A stretch of DNA of 64,000 bases from Saprospira sp. CCB-QB6 (lineage in GTDB: Bacteria; Bacteroidota; Bacteroidia; Chitinophagales; Saprospiraceae), in the NCBI RefSeq assembly GCF_028464065.1, contig NZ_CP116808.1:1007886-1071885 (forward strand), in the 5' to 3' direction. How positions within the stretch are numbered: position 1 is the stretch's first letter; every line of letters begins with the position of its first letter. Below, in pieces: positions 55,217-64,000 of the stretch. Below the pieces are notes generated by a model. That model had not been told where the DNA came from, made no database searches, and was given only the letters and a program-made list of their open reading frames with translations. Position numbers and translations under genes: made by a program.

Positions 55217-55933
55217 ATGCTCAAACAAATTGAAGGCCTAGTGCTACGCACCGTAGATTATAGCGAAAGCAGCGTCATCTGCGATCTATTTAGCCGCGAA
55301 CTTGGCCGCCGCTCTTATATGGTCCATGGCGTGCGCAAGCCCAAAGCCAAAATTACCAAGGCACTTTTACGCCCTATGTCTTGGGTAGAGCTAGTGGTTT
55401 ATCACAATGAAGAACGAGACCTAAATAAGGTCAAGGAAATTCGGCCCAGCTATATCTACCAAATCATTCCCTTTGATATTGCCCGCTCTAATATGGCCCT
55501 TTTTATGGTAGAAGTTGCCCAAAAAGGCCTACAAGAAGAGGGACCGCAAGAAGAGCTTTACAATTTTTTGTGGGTTTACTTCAATCAATTGGACCAAAAA
55601 AACAGCCCTGCTTGGGCCAATTTACACCTGCATTTTATGGTGCATTTTGCGGCAGAATTGGGCTTTTGTCCCAGCCCTAGCTCCGCCCCCATTTTCGATT
55701 ATAAAGAGGGAGAATTTGTGCATGAACAGCCGCTGCACGCCTACCATTTTGATGAGGAAAGCAGCCAGATTTTGGACCAACTCCTTCGTTTAGATCGGCA
55801 TCAATTAGCAGAAATAAAGCTCAACCGCCTCAAGCGGCAACATTTTATTGAGCAAATGATTTTATTTTATCGCTATCATTTGCCCAATTTTCAGCTCAAA
55901 AGTTGGGAGGTCCTCAAACAGATTATGGGCTAA
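55217..55933 (+). CDS. recO: DNA repair protein RecO
   Basis: N-terminal OB-fold signature (EGLVLRTVDYSESSVI...GRRSYMVHGVRK). Length 238 aa. A terminator hairpin lies at 55948-55975. Confidence 0.75.
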   Translation: MLKQIEGLVLRTVDYSESSVICDLFSRELGRRSYMVHGVRKPKAKITKALLRPMSWVELVVYHNEERDLNKVKEIRPSYIYQIIPFDIARSNMALFMVEVAQKGLQEEGPQEELYNFLWVYFNQLDQKNSPAWANLHLHFMVHFAAELGFCPSPSSAPIFDYKEGEFVHEQPLHAYHFDEESSQILDQLLRLDRHQLAEIKLNRLKRQHFIEQMILFYRYHLPNFQLKSWEVLKQIMG

Positions 55934-55967
55934 ATTGCGCTTTTACTCAAGGCCCAAAGGGCCTCTT

Positions 55968-56092
55968 TTTTGGCCTAGCGATGTGCAGCAGTGGCCCAAA
56001 GGGCCAGACCAAAGCCCGAAGGGCTGAAGGGCCGAGCGAATAGCGAGCTGCGCAACGTAGCGCCGACGACCAAAGGGAGGCGGAGGCCCCAA
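55968..56092 (-). repeat. GC-rich repeat element R21
   Basis: ggcctagcgatgtgcagcagtggcc...gggccgagcgaatagcgagctgcgcaacgtagcgcc...ggaggccccaaaac. Confidence 0.75.
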
Positions 56093-56097
56093 AACCA

Positions 56098-56853
56098 CTA
56101 ATGTCCCCTTTTTTCGAGTAGGATAACATAGCGCATGAAAACGCCCCAGGCCAGTAATTTGCAGACGATAAAGCCCACTTTGCCATCGCGGAAGCCCTGT
56201 TGGATGATGTAGTGTTTGAAGAAGCGGAAAGCGGGTTTGAGGTAGAGGTGGAAAAAGCCCACTTTGGGGGTTTTGCTGGCGTAATCGCCAGCGGACCAAT
56301 GGGCGTAGCGCTCCATTTTGGCCATAAAATGGCGCATACTTTTAAATGTATAGTGCAGTAGGCGGCCTTTTAGCCAAGCGACTTTTCCCTTGGTAATAAT
56401 TTCGGCATGCACCTCTTTTTCCTCATAGCTGCAAAGATCGCGTTTAAAAAAGCGGATCACGGCATCATTTTGCCAGCCTGAAAAGCGGACCGCCTGTCCC
56501 ATAAAATGGTTATCGCGGCCCATCCAGTAGGCAATAGGTCCTTGGGGATCTTCAGCTTGGCTCATGATGGCCTTGATTTCGGCCGTTAGATTTTCGCTAG
56601 GGCGTTCATCGGCATCCAGCAGAAAAATCCATTCATTTTTGGCTTGGGGAATGGCCCAATTTTTTTGGCTAGCCGAGTTACCGTATTCTCTTTGAATAAT
56701 TCGGGCGCCGGCTTTTTCGGCCACGGCTAAAGTATCATCCGTACTAAAAGAATCGACGACCAGCACCTCATCGGCCCAGCTGACCAAAGGCAATAACTCT
56801 CGGAGGTTATCGGCTTCGTTGAAGGTGGGAATCAGTACAGTAAGCGGGCGCAT
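56098..56853 (-). CDS. family 2 glycosyltransferase
   Basis: VLIPTFNEADNL...VVDSFSTDDT...LLDADE is the GT2 (GT-A) signature. Confidence 0.75.
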   Translation of the reverse strand: MRPLTVLIPTFNEADNLRELLPLVSWADEVLVVDSFSTDDTLAVAEKAGARIIQREYGNSASQKNWAIPQAKNEWIFLLDADERPSENLTAEIKAIMSQAEDPQGPIAYWMGRDNHFMGQAVRFSGWQNDAVIRFFKRDLCSYEEKEVHAEIITKGKVAWLKGRLLHYTFKSMRHFMAKMERYAHWSAGDYASKTPKVGFFHLYLKPAFRFFKHYIIQQGFRDGKVGFIVCKLLAWGVFMRYVILLEKRGH

Positions 56854-56855
56854 AA

Positions 56856-57722
56856 TTAGATGATTTTATAATTTTGGTACTCACCCACTCTTTTTCCCGT
56901 CATATTTTCGATCGTTCTAGAGAGGCGTTCTTTGAGAGAGAGTTTTGGGGGATTGGGTGAAAACTCCCAGTTTAGGCGTTTGAGGCGTTCCTCCATCACT
57001 TTTGGGGCGCTTCCTTCAAAGCGTTTTACCGAATCGATTTCGGAATAATCGTATTCTCCTTCCTTTTGCATATTCTTCTCAATCCATTCATCGGAATGCC
57101 AGAAGCGGTTAGAAGAAAGGCGTTTTTGGACCTGTTTTTCGGGGGGGCGCACCCAACCGTAGTGATAAATATCGGCGGGGATGAGCTTGACCTTTAGTTT
57201 TTCGTCCTCTTTGGTTCTGAAGCCTTGGGCATCTTTATAGGAGCGAATATTTTTATCATTTCGGACCACTCGGATTTCTCTGCGGTACCATTTTCGGGAG
57301 TCGGCCACATAATCGTAGGAGCCCCAAAAATGTTGATAATTAAAGAGTAGGCCTTCCACCTCTTTATCATTAAGATATTTTTCCATGGCTTGGCGAACCG
57401 TAGGGATAAACTTCTCGTGTAGTACTTCATCGCCTTGGAGGTAAAATACCCAATCGCTATCGGGGCTAACGGCATCTAAGGCTTTATTTGTTTCTACGGC
57501 CAAGACTTTGCCGCCTTCGCGCAGGCTATCATCCCAGACAGAGGGAATAATTTTGAGTTTGGGGTCTTTAATTTGGGCCAACAATTCCTCTGTTCCATCT
57601 TCTGAATTGCCAAAAAGAAGGATAAACTCATCGCAGAGCGGGAGGATTGATCGGATGGCTTCGAGGATGGGGTAATCAAACTTAACAGCATTTCTGACGA
57701 AGCTAATGCCAGTTACTTTCAT
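56856..57722 (-). CDS. glycosyltransferase (GT2-like)
   Basis: Shows a GT-A-like pattern including a DxD-like QGDEV. Separated from the downstream GT2 gene by a 3-bp gap, so the two are likely co-transcribed. Confidence 0.5.
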   Translation of the reverse strand: MKVTGISFVRNAVKFDYPILEAIRSILPLCDEFILLFGNSEDGTEELLAQIKDPKLKIIPSVWDDSLREGGKVLAVETNKALDAVSPDSDWVFYLQGDEVLHEKFIPTVRQAMEKYLNDKEVEGLLFNYQHFWGSYDYVADSRKWYRREIRVVRNDKNIRSYKDAQGFRTKEDEKLKVKLIPADIYHYGWVRPPEKQVQKRLSSNRFWHSDEWIEKNMQKEGEYDYSEIDSVKRFEGSAPKVMEERLKRLNWEFSPNPPKLSLKERLSRTIENMTGKRVGEYQNYKII

Positions 57723-57762
57723 AAACTTTAGGATTAAATTGGTCCTTTAATGGGGCAAAGGT

Positions 57763-57800
57763 ACAAAAAAAAGACCTCTAATAGCAGTTGCTAGAAGAGG
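57763..57800. terminator. bidirectional terminator downstream of infB operon
   Basis: Hairpin AAGACCTCT...AGAGGTCTT flanked by A8 and T-rich sequence. Confidence 0.6.
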
Positions 57801-57826
57801 TCTTTTCTATTATTGAGTCAAGCGGC

Positions 57827-60800
57827 TTAGAGCGTTTGCTTCACTTCTTTAATTTCGTAAACTTCGATTTCATCGCCTTCTTGGATACCATCAAAATTGC
57901 GGATGGTTAGACCACATTCGAAGCCATTTTTAACTTCAGCGACACTATCCTTAAAGCGTTTGAGTGAGCTAAGTTCGCCATGTTGTCCTTCTTTTTTAGG
58001 GAAGATCACGATACCGTCGCGAATCACGCGGATATAGCTATTGCGGGTCACTTTACCAGATTGTACCATACAACCGGCTACTTTACCTACCTTAGAAATG
58101 CTAAATACAGTTTGGATAGCTACAGAACCGATTGTTTCTTCTACTTGCTTAGGTTCTAGCATACCTTCTAGGGCAGACTTCACCTCTTCGATTGCATCGT
58201 AGATGATAGAATAGGTCTTAATTTCTACTCCTTCTTGTTCAGATAGGCGGCGAGCAGATGGGTTAGGACGCACTTGGAAACCGATAATAATGGCATCCGA
58301 AGCGGCGGCTAGGTTTACATCAGACTCAGTAATTTGACCTACGGCTTTATAGATAATATTAGTTTGAATTTGCTCGGTAGAAAGTTTGAGCAAAGAGTCA
58401 GAAAGTGCCTCTACAGAACCGTCCATATCTCCTTTCACGATCAAGTTCAACTCTTGGAAGTTTCCAACTTTTAGTCGACGCGTGATATCATCTAGGGTAA
58501 TACGGCGGGTAGCGCGAATCTGTTGCTGGCGGATAATTTGGCCACGTTTGTTGGCCAATTCTTTCACCTTACGCTCAGACTCCAATACTTGAAGCTTCTC
58601 CCCTGCTTGAGGGGCACCATCGAGACCAAGAACGAGAACGGGAGTAGAAGGGCCAGCCTTTTTCACTCGTTTACCTCTTTCGTCAAACATCGCTTTCACA
58701 CGGCCATGGTATTGACCAGCAATGATAGGATCACCAATAGCAAGTGTACCTGTTTGCACCAATACTTTGGCTACATATCCACGGCCTTTTTCTAGAGAGG
58801 CTTCAAGGATAGCACCAACAGCTCGGCGGTCAGGGTTTGCTTTAAGTTCTAGCATTTCAGACTCCAACAAGATTTTCTCTAGGAGTAAATCCACATTAAG
58901 GCCTTTCTTAGCTGAGATATCTTGGCTTTGGTAAGTACCGCCCCATTCTTCAACGAGTAGGTTCATAGAAGCCAATTCTTGCTTAATTTTCTCGGGTTGT
59001 GCGCCTTCCTTATCAATCTTGTTAATAGCAAAAATGATAGGTACTTCGGCGGCTTGGGCGTGACTAATCGCCTCTTTAGTCTGTGGCATGATGTTATCAT
59101 CTGCAGCGATGATAATTACAGCAACATCGGTTACTTTTGCACCACGGGCACGCATAGCGGTAAAGGCTTCGTGACCAGGAGTATCAAGGAAGGTAATGCT
59201 TCCCATATCTTTCACCTTCACTTCATAGGCACCGATATGCTGAGTAATTCCTCCAGCTTCTCCTTCAGCAACATTAGCTTTACGGATACGGTCCAAAAGT
59301 GATGTTTTACCGTGGTCTACGTGCCCCATTACAGTAACAATGGGTGAACGAGGTTTAAGATCTGCGGGATCGTCTTCTTCCTCCTCCTCTTCAATATCGA
59401 TTTGATCTTCAGCAGAGATAAATTCTACTTCATAATCATATTCTGTAGCAATTAGCTCGATGATTTCTGCATCTAGACGTTGGTTAATCGAAACGAACTG
59501 TCCAATTTGCATACACATCATGATGATATCGGCAGGAGTAACATTGAGCAGGCCAGCAAGTTCAGATACAGAGATAAACTCTGTCACCTGTAGTACTTGT
59601 GGTTCCTCCATCTCTTCTTCCATACGTTGGCGCATGGCTTCCTTCTTCTCATCACGAGAGGCACGGGTAGAACGTCGTCCTCCTTTTTTGCCTCCACCAT
59701 GCAAGCGCTGCATGGTTTGTTTTAGTTTGTCATCGACCTCCTTATCAGAGATCTCGCGACGTTTTCCTTTCTTCTTGCGTTTCTTATTGCTATTAGAAGA
59801 CTGGCGATCATTATTAGTAGAGTTGCCTCCACGATTATCGTTATTTCTATTATTGCGATTATCGTTTTCAGCTTGATTTGTAGAGATCTTAGTGCGCTTA
59901 CGTTTTTTATTGTCGTTGTTGCTATTTTGATTCTCGTCTTTCTTCTCTTCGCCTTTTTTAGCCTCTTGTTTCTCCTGAGGCTTCTTCTCATCTGTACCGC
60001 CAATTTTCTTGCGGTTACGTTTCTTCTTCCGTTTGCGGCGAGGATCTTCGATGTTAATCTTACCTAAGATCTTCAAGCCTTTAAGTTGAGGAGCCTCCAT
60101 CTTGATATCGACTCCATCTTTTTTCTCTGTAGTTGCTTCTGGCTGCTCAGTAGTTTTTTGTTCAACTTCTGGCGCTACAACTTGTTTTTCTTCTACCACT
60201 TTTGGTGATTTGGTTTCTTCCTTTTTAGGCGTCTCCTGCTTAGGCTCTTCCTTTGCTTTAGGGGCTTCTTCCTTCTTGGGAGTTTCTTTTACTTCCTTAG
60301 GTTGTTCCTCTAGCTTAGGAGTAGGCTCTTCTTTTTTGGGCGCCTCTTCTTTCTTAGCAGTAGTTTTCTTGCCTCCTTTTCGGCGGCCAGAGCGAGACTG
60401 CTCATCTAAGTTGATTTTGCCCAAAATTTTTGGCCCTTTAGGCATATTAGAAACCACTTCGTCATCCTTGGTTTCTTCCTTTTTCTCAGAAAGCTCGCTT
60501 TGCTTTACAACGGGAGTCTCTTCTTTGGGTGTAGTAATTTCAACTTTCTTAACCGGCTTAACTTCTTGCTTAGCCTTGGCCAACTGGCGCTCTTTTTCTT
60601 TCTTTCTTTTCTCCTCCTCCTTCTTCTCCTTCTCTAAGCGGCTGCCAATAGTAATCTTGTCCGCCTCTTCCTTAATGGCGGCAGATTTGTTGAAACGGGC
60701 CAACAACTTATCGTACATCTCGTCTGAAACCTTGGCTGTGGGGCGGTTAACCACCTCATACCCATTATCGTTCAGATACTCAACGATAGTATTTGTTCCA

Positions 60801-60841
60801 ATATTTAGCTCGGCAGCTACTTTTACTAACCTTTTTGACAT
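57827..60841 (-). CDS. infB: translation initiation factor IF-2
   Basis: G-domain motifs are present ([24 protein letters not shown]). A long K/E/N-rich N-terminal region precedes them. Length is 1004 aa. Confidence 0.95.
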   Translation of the reverse strand: MSKRLVKVAAELNIGTNTIVEYLNDNGYEVVNRPTAKVSDEMYDKLLARFNKSAAIKEEADKITIGSRLEKEKKEEEKRKKEKERQLAKAKQEVKPVKKVEITTPKEETPVVKQSELSEKKEETKDDEVVSNMPKGPKILGKINLDEQSRSGRRKGGKKTTAKKEEAPKKEEPTPKLEEQPKEVKETPKKEEAPKAKEEPKQETPKKEETKSPKVVEEKQVVAPEVEQKTTEQPEATTEKKDGVDIKMEAPQLKGLKILGKINIEDPRRKRKKKRNRKKIGGTDEKKPQEKQEAKKGEEKKDENQNSNNDNKKRKRTKISTNQAENDNRNNRNNDNRGGNSTNNDRQSSNSNKKRKKKGKRREISDKEVDDKLKQTMQRLHGGGKKGGRRSTRASRDEKKEAMRQRMEEEMEEPQVLQVTEFISVSELAGLLNVTPADIIMMCMQIGQFVSINQRLDAEIIELIATEYDYEVEFISAEDQIDIEEEEEEDDPADLKPRSPIVTVMGHVDHGKTSLLDRIRKANVAEGEAGGITQHIGAYEVKVKDMGSITFLDTPGHEAFTAMRARGAKVTDVAVIIIAADDNIMPQTKEAISHAQAAEVPIIFAINKIDKEGAQPEKIKQELASMNLLVEEWGGTYQSQDISAKKGLNVDLLLEKILLESEMLELKANPDRRAVGAILEASLEKGRGYVAKVLVQTGTLAIGDPIIAGQYHGRVKAMFDERGKRVKKAGPSTPVLVLGLDGAPQAGEKLQVLESERKVKELANKRGQIIRQQQIRATRRITLDDITRRLKVGNFQELNLIVKGDMDGSVEALSDSLLKLSTEQIQTNIIYKAVGQITESDVNLAAASDAIIIGFQVRPNPSARRLSEQEGVEIKTYSIIYDAIEEVKSALEGMLEPKQVEETIGSVAIQTVFSISKVGKVAGCMVQSGKVTRNSYIRVIRDGIVIFPKKEGQHGELSSLKRFKDSVAEVKNGFECGLTIRNFDGIQEGDEIEVYEIKEVKQTL

Positions 60842-61138
60842 TCCGTGTATTTAGCTAATTGCGTAAAAATCGTGATTTTAAAAAATCGGTACAAATATAG
60901 TCAATATATTTGAGAGCATTCCCATAACATTAGGAAAAATGCCTTTTGGCCCCTTCTTTATTCTCCGAAAAGCCTAGGGCCCTTGCTTTTCTAGTCTCGA
61001 ATCAAGAGTCGTGATACTAGCGTTTTTTTGGGTTTTCACTACCTACTAAACACTAGAATCACTGGAGTCCAGCTAAAAAAAGGCCTAAGTACAAGAAGTA
61101 CTAACTGAGCTTATACTTAGGCCCGTCAAAGGCAGCAG

Positions 61139-62449
61139 TTATTCTGCGCTATCCTCCTCAGAAGATTCCTCTTCCTCAATAGCTTCATCGGGCAAATCTT
61201 TGCCACTATCATCAAACTCTGCTTTAAGGACGACAATGATTTCCTTAATGGTCTCCTCTTCCAAATCTGTGCGACGCAAGAGCTCGTCCAAACTTAGATT
61301 GAGTACATTTCTGGCTGTATCACAACCAATATTCTTCAATTCATCAATGACCCAATCTTCAATCTCATCTCTAAACTCATCGAGTTCTACATCAAAGTCG
61401 GCATCTGTATCAAAGGCGCCTTCTCTAAAGACGTCAATGTTGTAATCTACTAAACGGCTAGCCAATTTGATATTGACCCCCTTCTTTCCAATCGCCTTAG
61501 AAATTTCAGCCGCTTCCAAAAAGACAGAAGCTTTGCGATTGTCCAAGTCCAATTCTACCGAACTGATCCGCGCTGGCGTCAACGCCCGCTGAATCAATAA
61601 GGCTTCATTGCTAGTATAATTGATAATGTCTATGTTTTCGTTCCGCAACTCCCGAACAATTCCGTGAATTCTAGAACCTTTCATCCCTACACAAGCCCCT
61701 ACAGGGTCAATTCGCTCGTCATAAGACTCTACCGCTACCTTGGCTCTATCACCAGGCGCACGAACAATCTTACGCACCGTAATCAATCCATCCTCAATCT
61801 CTGGCACCTCCTGCTCTAACAAACGCTCCAAAAAGCTGCTCGCCGTACGCGAAAGGATAACCATCGGGTTGTTGTTTTTGTTCTCTACCCGATCCACTAC
61901 CGCACGAACCATATCTCCCTTACGGAAATAATCGCCGCGAATAGTTTCCGACTTAGGCAACATCAACTCCGCTCCCGTAGCCTCATCCACAATAACAAAT
62001 TCCCGCTTCAAGGTCTGTGCTACCTCCCCAAAAATAAGGTCCCCGATCCGATCGGCATACATCTGATATACCTTGTCCTTCTCTAGTTCCAAAATTCTTG
62101 AAATTAAGGTCTGACGAGCCGCCATGATCGCACGACGACCAAAATCAGCTACCCCCACTTTTTCATAACACTCCTCACCTACCTCATAATCCTCCTCAAT
62201 CTTTACCGCATCGCTAATCGCAATATGATAACGATCATCCTCTACCTCGCCATCGGGAACGATCTCGCGCTTGCGCCAAATCTCTAAATCCCCCTCAATG
62301 GTGCTCACAATGATATCAAAGTTATCATCGGCCCCATATTTTTTGCGAATAAGGGTTCTGAATACATCCTCGAGCACCCGCACCATCGTTGGGCGATCAA
62401 TGCTCTTCATATTTTTAAACTCCGAAAAGGAATCAATCAAATTGATCAT
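61139..62449 (-). CDS. nusA: transcription termination/antitermination factor NusA
   Basis: N-terminal domain, S1 and KH domains are recognisable (GDRAKVAVESYDERIDPVGACVGMKGSRI). It lies directly upstream of infB. Confidence 0.95.
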   Translation of the reverse strand: MINLIDSFSEFKNMKSIDRPTMVRVLEDVFRTLIRKKYGADDNFDIIVSTIEGDLEIWRKREIVPDGEVEDDRYHIAISDAVKIEEDYEVGEECYEKVGVADFGRRAIMAARQTLISRILELEKDKVYQMYADRIGDLIFGEVAQTLKREFVIVDEATGAELMLPKSETIRGDYFRKGDMVRAVVDRVENKNNNPMVILSRTASSFLERLLEQEVPEIEDGLITVRKIVRAPGDRAKVAVESYDERIDPVGACVGMKGSRIHGIVRELRNENIDIINYTSNEALLIQRALTPARISSVELDLDNRKASVFLEAAEISKAIGKKGVNIKLASRLVDYNIDVFREGAFDTDADFDVELDEFRDEIEDWVIDELKNIGCDTARNVLNLSLDELLRRTDLEEETIKEIIVVLKAEFDDSGKDLPDEAIEEEESSEEDSAE

Positions 62450-62465
62450 ACCTTATGTATAATTT

Positions 62466-62954
62466 TTAAAATGTAATCTTAACTAACGCCTTCTTAATAC
62501 GCTCAAAGGGAATCTCCTGACGCATCTCGACCAACTCTTTCTTCTTCCGCCCCTCCAATTTCACTTTCTCACTATAAGTCAATACAATATGCTCCTCCGT
62601 CACTTCTTCTAACTTCCCCTTTGCATGCTTGTGCTCTCCCTCAATCTCTACCGATAACTCCCGCCCTATGTTCTTCACATACTGACGATGTAGCTTTAAC
62701 GGACGATCTAGGCCCGGAGAAGACACATCCAAGGTGTATTTCTCTCCCAACCAACCATTCTCCTCTATCTGAGCTTCCAAATGACGACTCAATCGCGCAC
62801 AATCTCCAAAATTGACCCCATTGTCACTGTCAATAAAAACCTGCACTTTGTTCTCGCCCTTATACTCAATCTCTACCAGAAATAAAGCCTCTCGACCCTC
62901 TTCTGCAAAATAAGCCGCTATCAAATCGGCTAGCTTTTCCGTAATTGTTGGCAT
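62466..62954 (-). CDS. rimP: ribosome maturation factor RimP
   Basis: Position upstream of nusA and its length of 162 aa are both conserved. The motif ...LEVSSPGLDRPL is present. Confidence 0.85.
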   Translation of the reverse strand: MPTITEKLADLIAAYFAEEGREALFLVEIEYKGENKVQVFIDSDNGVNFGDCARLSRHLEAQIEENGWLGEKYTLDVSSPGLDRPLKLHRQYVKNIGRELSVEIEGEHKHAKGKLEEVTEEHIVLTYSEKVKLEGRKKKELVEMRQEIPFERIKKALVKITF

Positions 62955-62967
62955 CTGACTTCTTTAT

Positions 62968-63030
62968 AATAAAAAGAGGGAACGTTTTCACGGTTCCCTC
63001 GCTCAATGCGTTTTGCTGCCACAAATATAA
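62968..63030 (-). promoter_or_regulatory. rimP-nusA-infB leader: putative promoter (-7 TATATTTG) followed by hairpin+U-run attenuator
   Basis: On the minus strand, gcttatatttgtggc (plus 63019-63033) is followed by gagggaaccgtgaaaacgttccctc ttttt (plus 62970-62999), directly before the rimP start. Confidence 0.35.
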
Positions 63031-63194
63031 GCATTTATCTTTAGCTTTTCGGACTTTCTCCAGATTTGTTAGCCCAGCCCCCAATTTTTCCACCTCCTCT
63101 CCCCTCTTTTATACTCCCTCAATTTCTACTGTTTTGGGGCCTATCAGCAAAGATGATTTAAAGGTTTTCTTCTCTTTATGTTGCTTACTGTTTT

Positions 63195-63345
63195 TTTGGG
63201 GCCTCCGCCTCGCTTCGCTCGTCGGCGCTACGTTCCGCAGCTCGCTGTTCGCTCGGCCCTTCGCCAGCTTCGCTGGCTCGGTCTGGCCTACGGCCACTGC
63301 TGCACATCGCTAGGCCTGCGGCCCTTCGGGCCTGTAGGACGAGAA
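63195..63345 (+). repeat. GC-rich repeat element R22 (near-identical to R5b)
   Basis: tttttggggcctccgcctcgcttcgctcgtcggcgctacgttccgcagctcgctgttcgctcggccc...ccactgctgcacatcgctaggcc. Confidence 0.8.
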
Positions 63346-63385
63346 ACAACTCATATTAAAAATATTTTATCCCATAACTGACATC

Positions 63386-64000
63386 CTACAATAAATTCAC
63401 ATACTCTATCAACTTATATTTAGTTGAACTTTTTGTAGAAATAATTTTTTGCTCTGTAATTTCCTCACACTTAAAAATATATTTAGTTGAATCAATTTCA
63501 GCACCTTTTAAAATACTAGAGTCAGCAAATCCATTAAATTCTTTATTACTTTCTGTATCAGATAAACGCCAAGTACCTTTATCTACATCTACTTGTTTAA
63601 AAACGCCCTTAAACTCAACCTCTATTCTACTTAGTTCTTCCTTTTCGTCTAAAATTGCTTTAACACGCTCAGCATAAGACCTTTTTATTTCCCTGCTATA
63701 GATTTTTCTTTCAGTTAACGAATACCACTCATATTTAATTCTAATACTTTCCTCTAGCATCTTTTCAATCAGCTTTTTGTAGGCCCCGATGGAACGTCCT
63801 CTGTATTGAGTAAATAATTTGATAATTTCCTCATTTGATTGAATATCTTCTGTTATTTCATCTAGCTTAACCAATGAACGTTCGAGCTCATTATTACCAA
63901 ATAAATTTTTATCTTTTTCCCCATCCCCCTTCATATGCACTTTAAAAGAACCTTTAGAAGTATCAAAAATTCTTAGTACATAGTTCTTATCTACATCTTT
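63386..64000 (-). CDS. hypothetical protein, 5'-partial at window edge, in a markedly AT-rich segment
   Basis: The ORF stays open to position 64000 with no in-frame stop between 63941 and 64000. Lys/Glu/Ile-rich composition. The local GC content is far below that of the rest of the window. Confidence 0.4.
   Translation of the reverse strand, partial: KDVDKNYVLRIFDTSKGSFKVHMKGDGEKDKNLFGNNELERSLVKLDEITEDIQSNEEIIKLFTQYRGRSIGAYKKLIEKMLEESIRIKYEWYSLTERKIYSREIKRSYAERVKAILDEKEELSRIEVEFKGVFKQVDVDKGTWRLSDTESNKEFNGFADSSILKGAEIDSTKYIFKCEEITEQKIISTKSSTKYKLIEYVNLL

Noticed and set aside
59460-60854. Plus-strand ORFs 59460..59876, 59873..60067 and 60102..60854 (S/L-rich)
   Set aside because: They are antisense to the low-complexity K/E-rich N-terminal region of infB and are an artefact of biased codon composition. 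The ORFs 11283..11627 and 11643..11906, antisense to the K/E-rich secreted protein, are rejected for the same reason.
1081-63381. Many ORFs of 60-140 aa in the track that lie inside the GC-rich repeat elements
   Set aside because: Examples are 1081..1287, 2005..2259, 8343..8654, 10403..10615, 15102..15329, 21218..21406, 23829..24143, 32088..32330, 40404..40817, 43678..44123, 47996..48199, 49650..49946, 55943..56299 and 63178..63381. They are translations of the same repeated DNA in its various frames. Recurring peptides such as AMLRGSQVCSALQ and GPSALRALV give this away. They have no independent start or RBS context.
1-64000. Searched for transposase, integrase, phage structural, toxin-antitoxin or cas genes
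   Set aside because: No ORF in the track shows DDE-transposase, tyrosine or serine recombinase, or Cas signatures. The abundant repeats therefore appear to be non-autonomous.

Overview
This 64 kb window looks like chromosomal DNA from a Bacteroidota-type bacterium, probably from the Saprospiria/Cytophagia side; the species cannot be named from sequence alone. The clues are: TAnnTTTG-type -7 promoter motifs; a TonB-dependent receptor with a CarboxypepD-like N-terminus; DUF6089-type outer-membrane proteins; an IF-2 with a long K/E/N-rich N-terminus. Coding density is ordinary housekeeping. Identifiable genes include rimP-nusA-infB, recO, def, ruvX, udk, aroA, queE, phhA, ferredoxins with an iscX-like gene, a COG0523 GTPase, several peptidases, a TonB receptor and an HlyD/TolC pair. 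There are two tandem tRNA-His(GTG) genes and one tRNA-Arg(TCT). The bulk genome is moderately AT-rich, but the intergenic spaces are packed with a GC-rich repeat element of about 130-230 bp, with at least 22 copies in the window. The element carries TTTTGGGGC...GCCCCAAAA-type ends and comes in several module variants. It accounts for most of the spurious ORFs in the six-frame track and in three places has been fused onto real genes. The most unusual feature is a pair of homologous loci, each with a conserved leader of about 90 bp, a tandem array of 41/42-bp hairpin-containing repeat units, and a conserved hairpin/T-run tail. The first has about 16 units at 8.8-9.5 kb and the second about 9 units at 32.4-32.8 kb. 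They are not CRISPR arrays because there are no unique spacers, and they are not coding. Each array sits just downstream of a GC-rich element. This looks like an undescribed repeat-RNA or iteron-type system. Other notable points are a multiply frameshifted radical-SAM/SPASM gene next to an ABC-less HlyD/TolC pair and an ECF sigma/anti-sigma pair, an orphan McrB-like AAA+ ATPase, a 902-aa tandem D-Ala-D-Ala-ligase-like fusion, a gene bracketed by inverted composite repeat elements, and an AT-rich compositional break at the 3' end of the window. No transposase, integrase or CRISPR-cas genes were seen.
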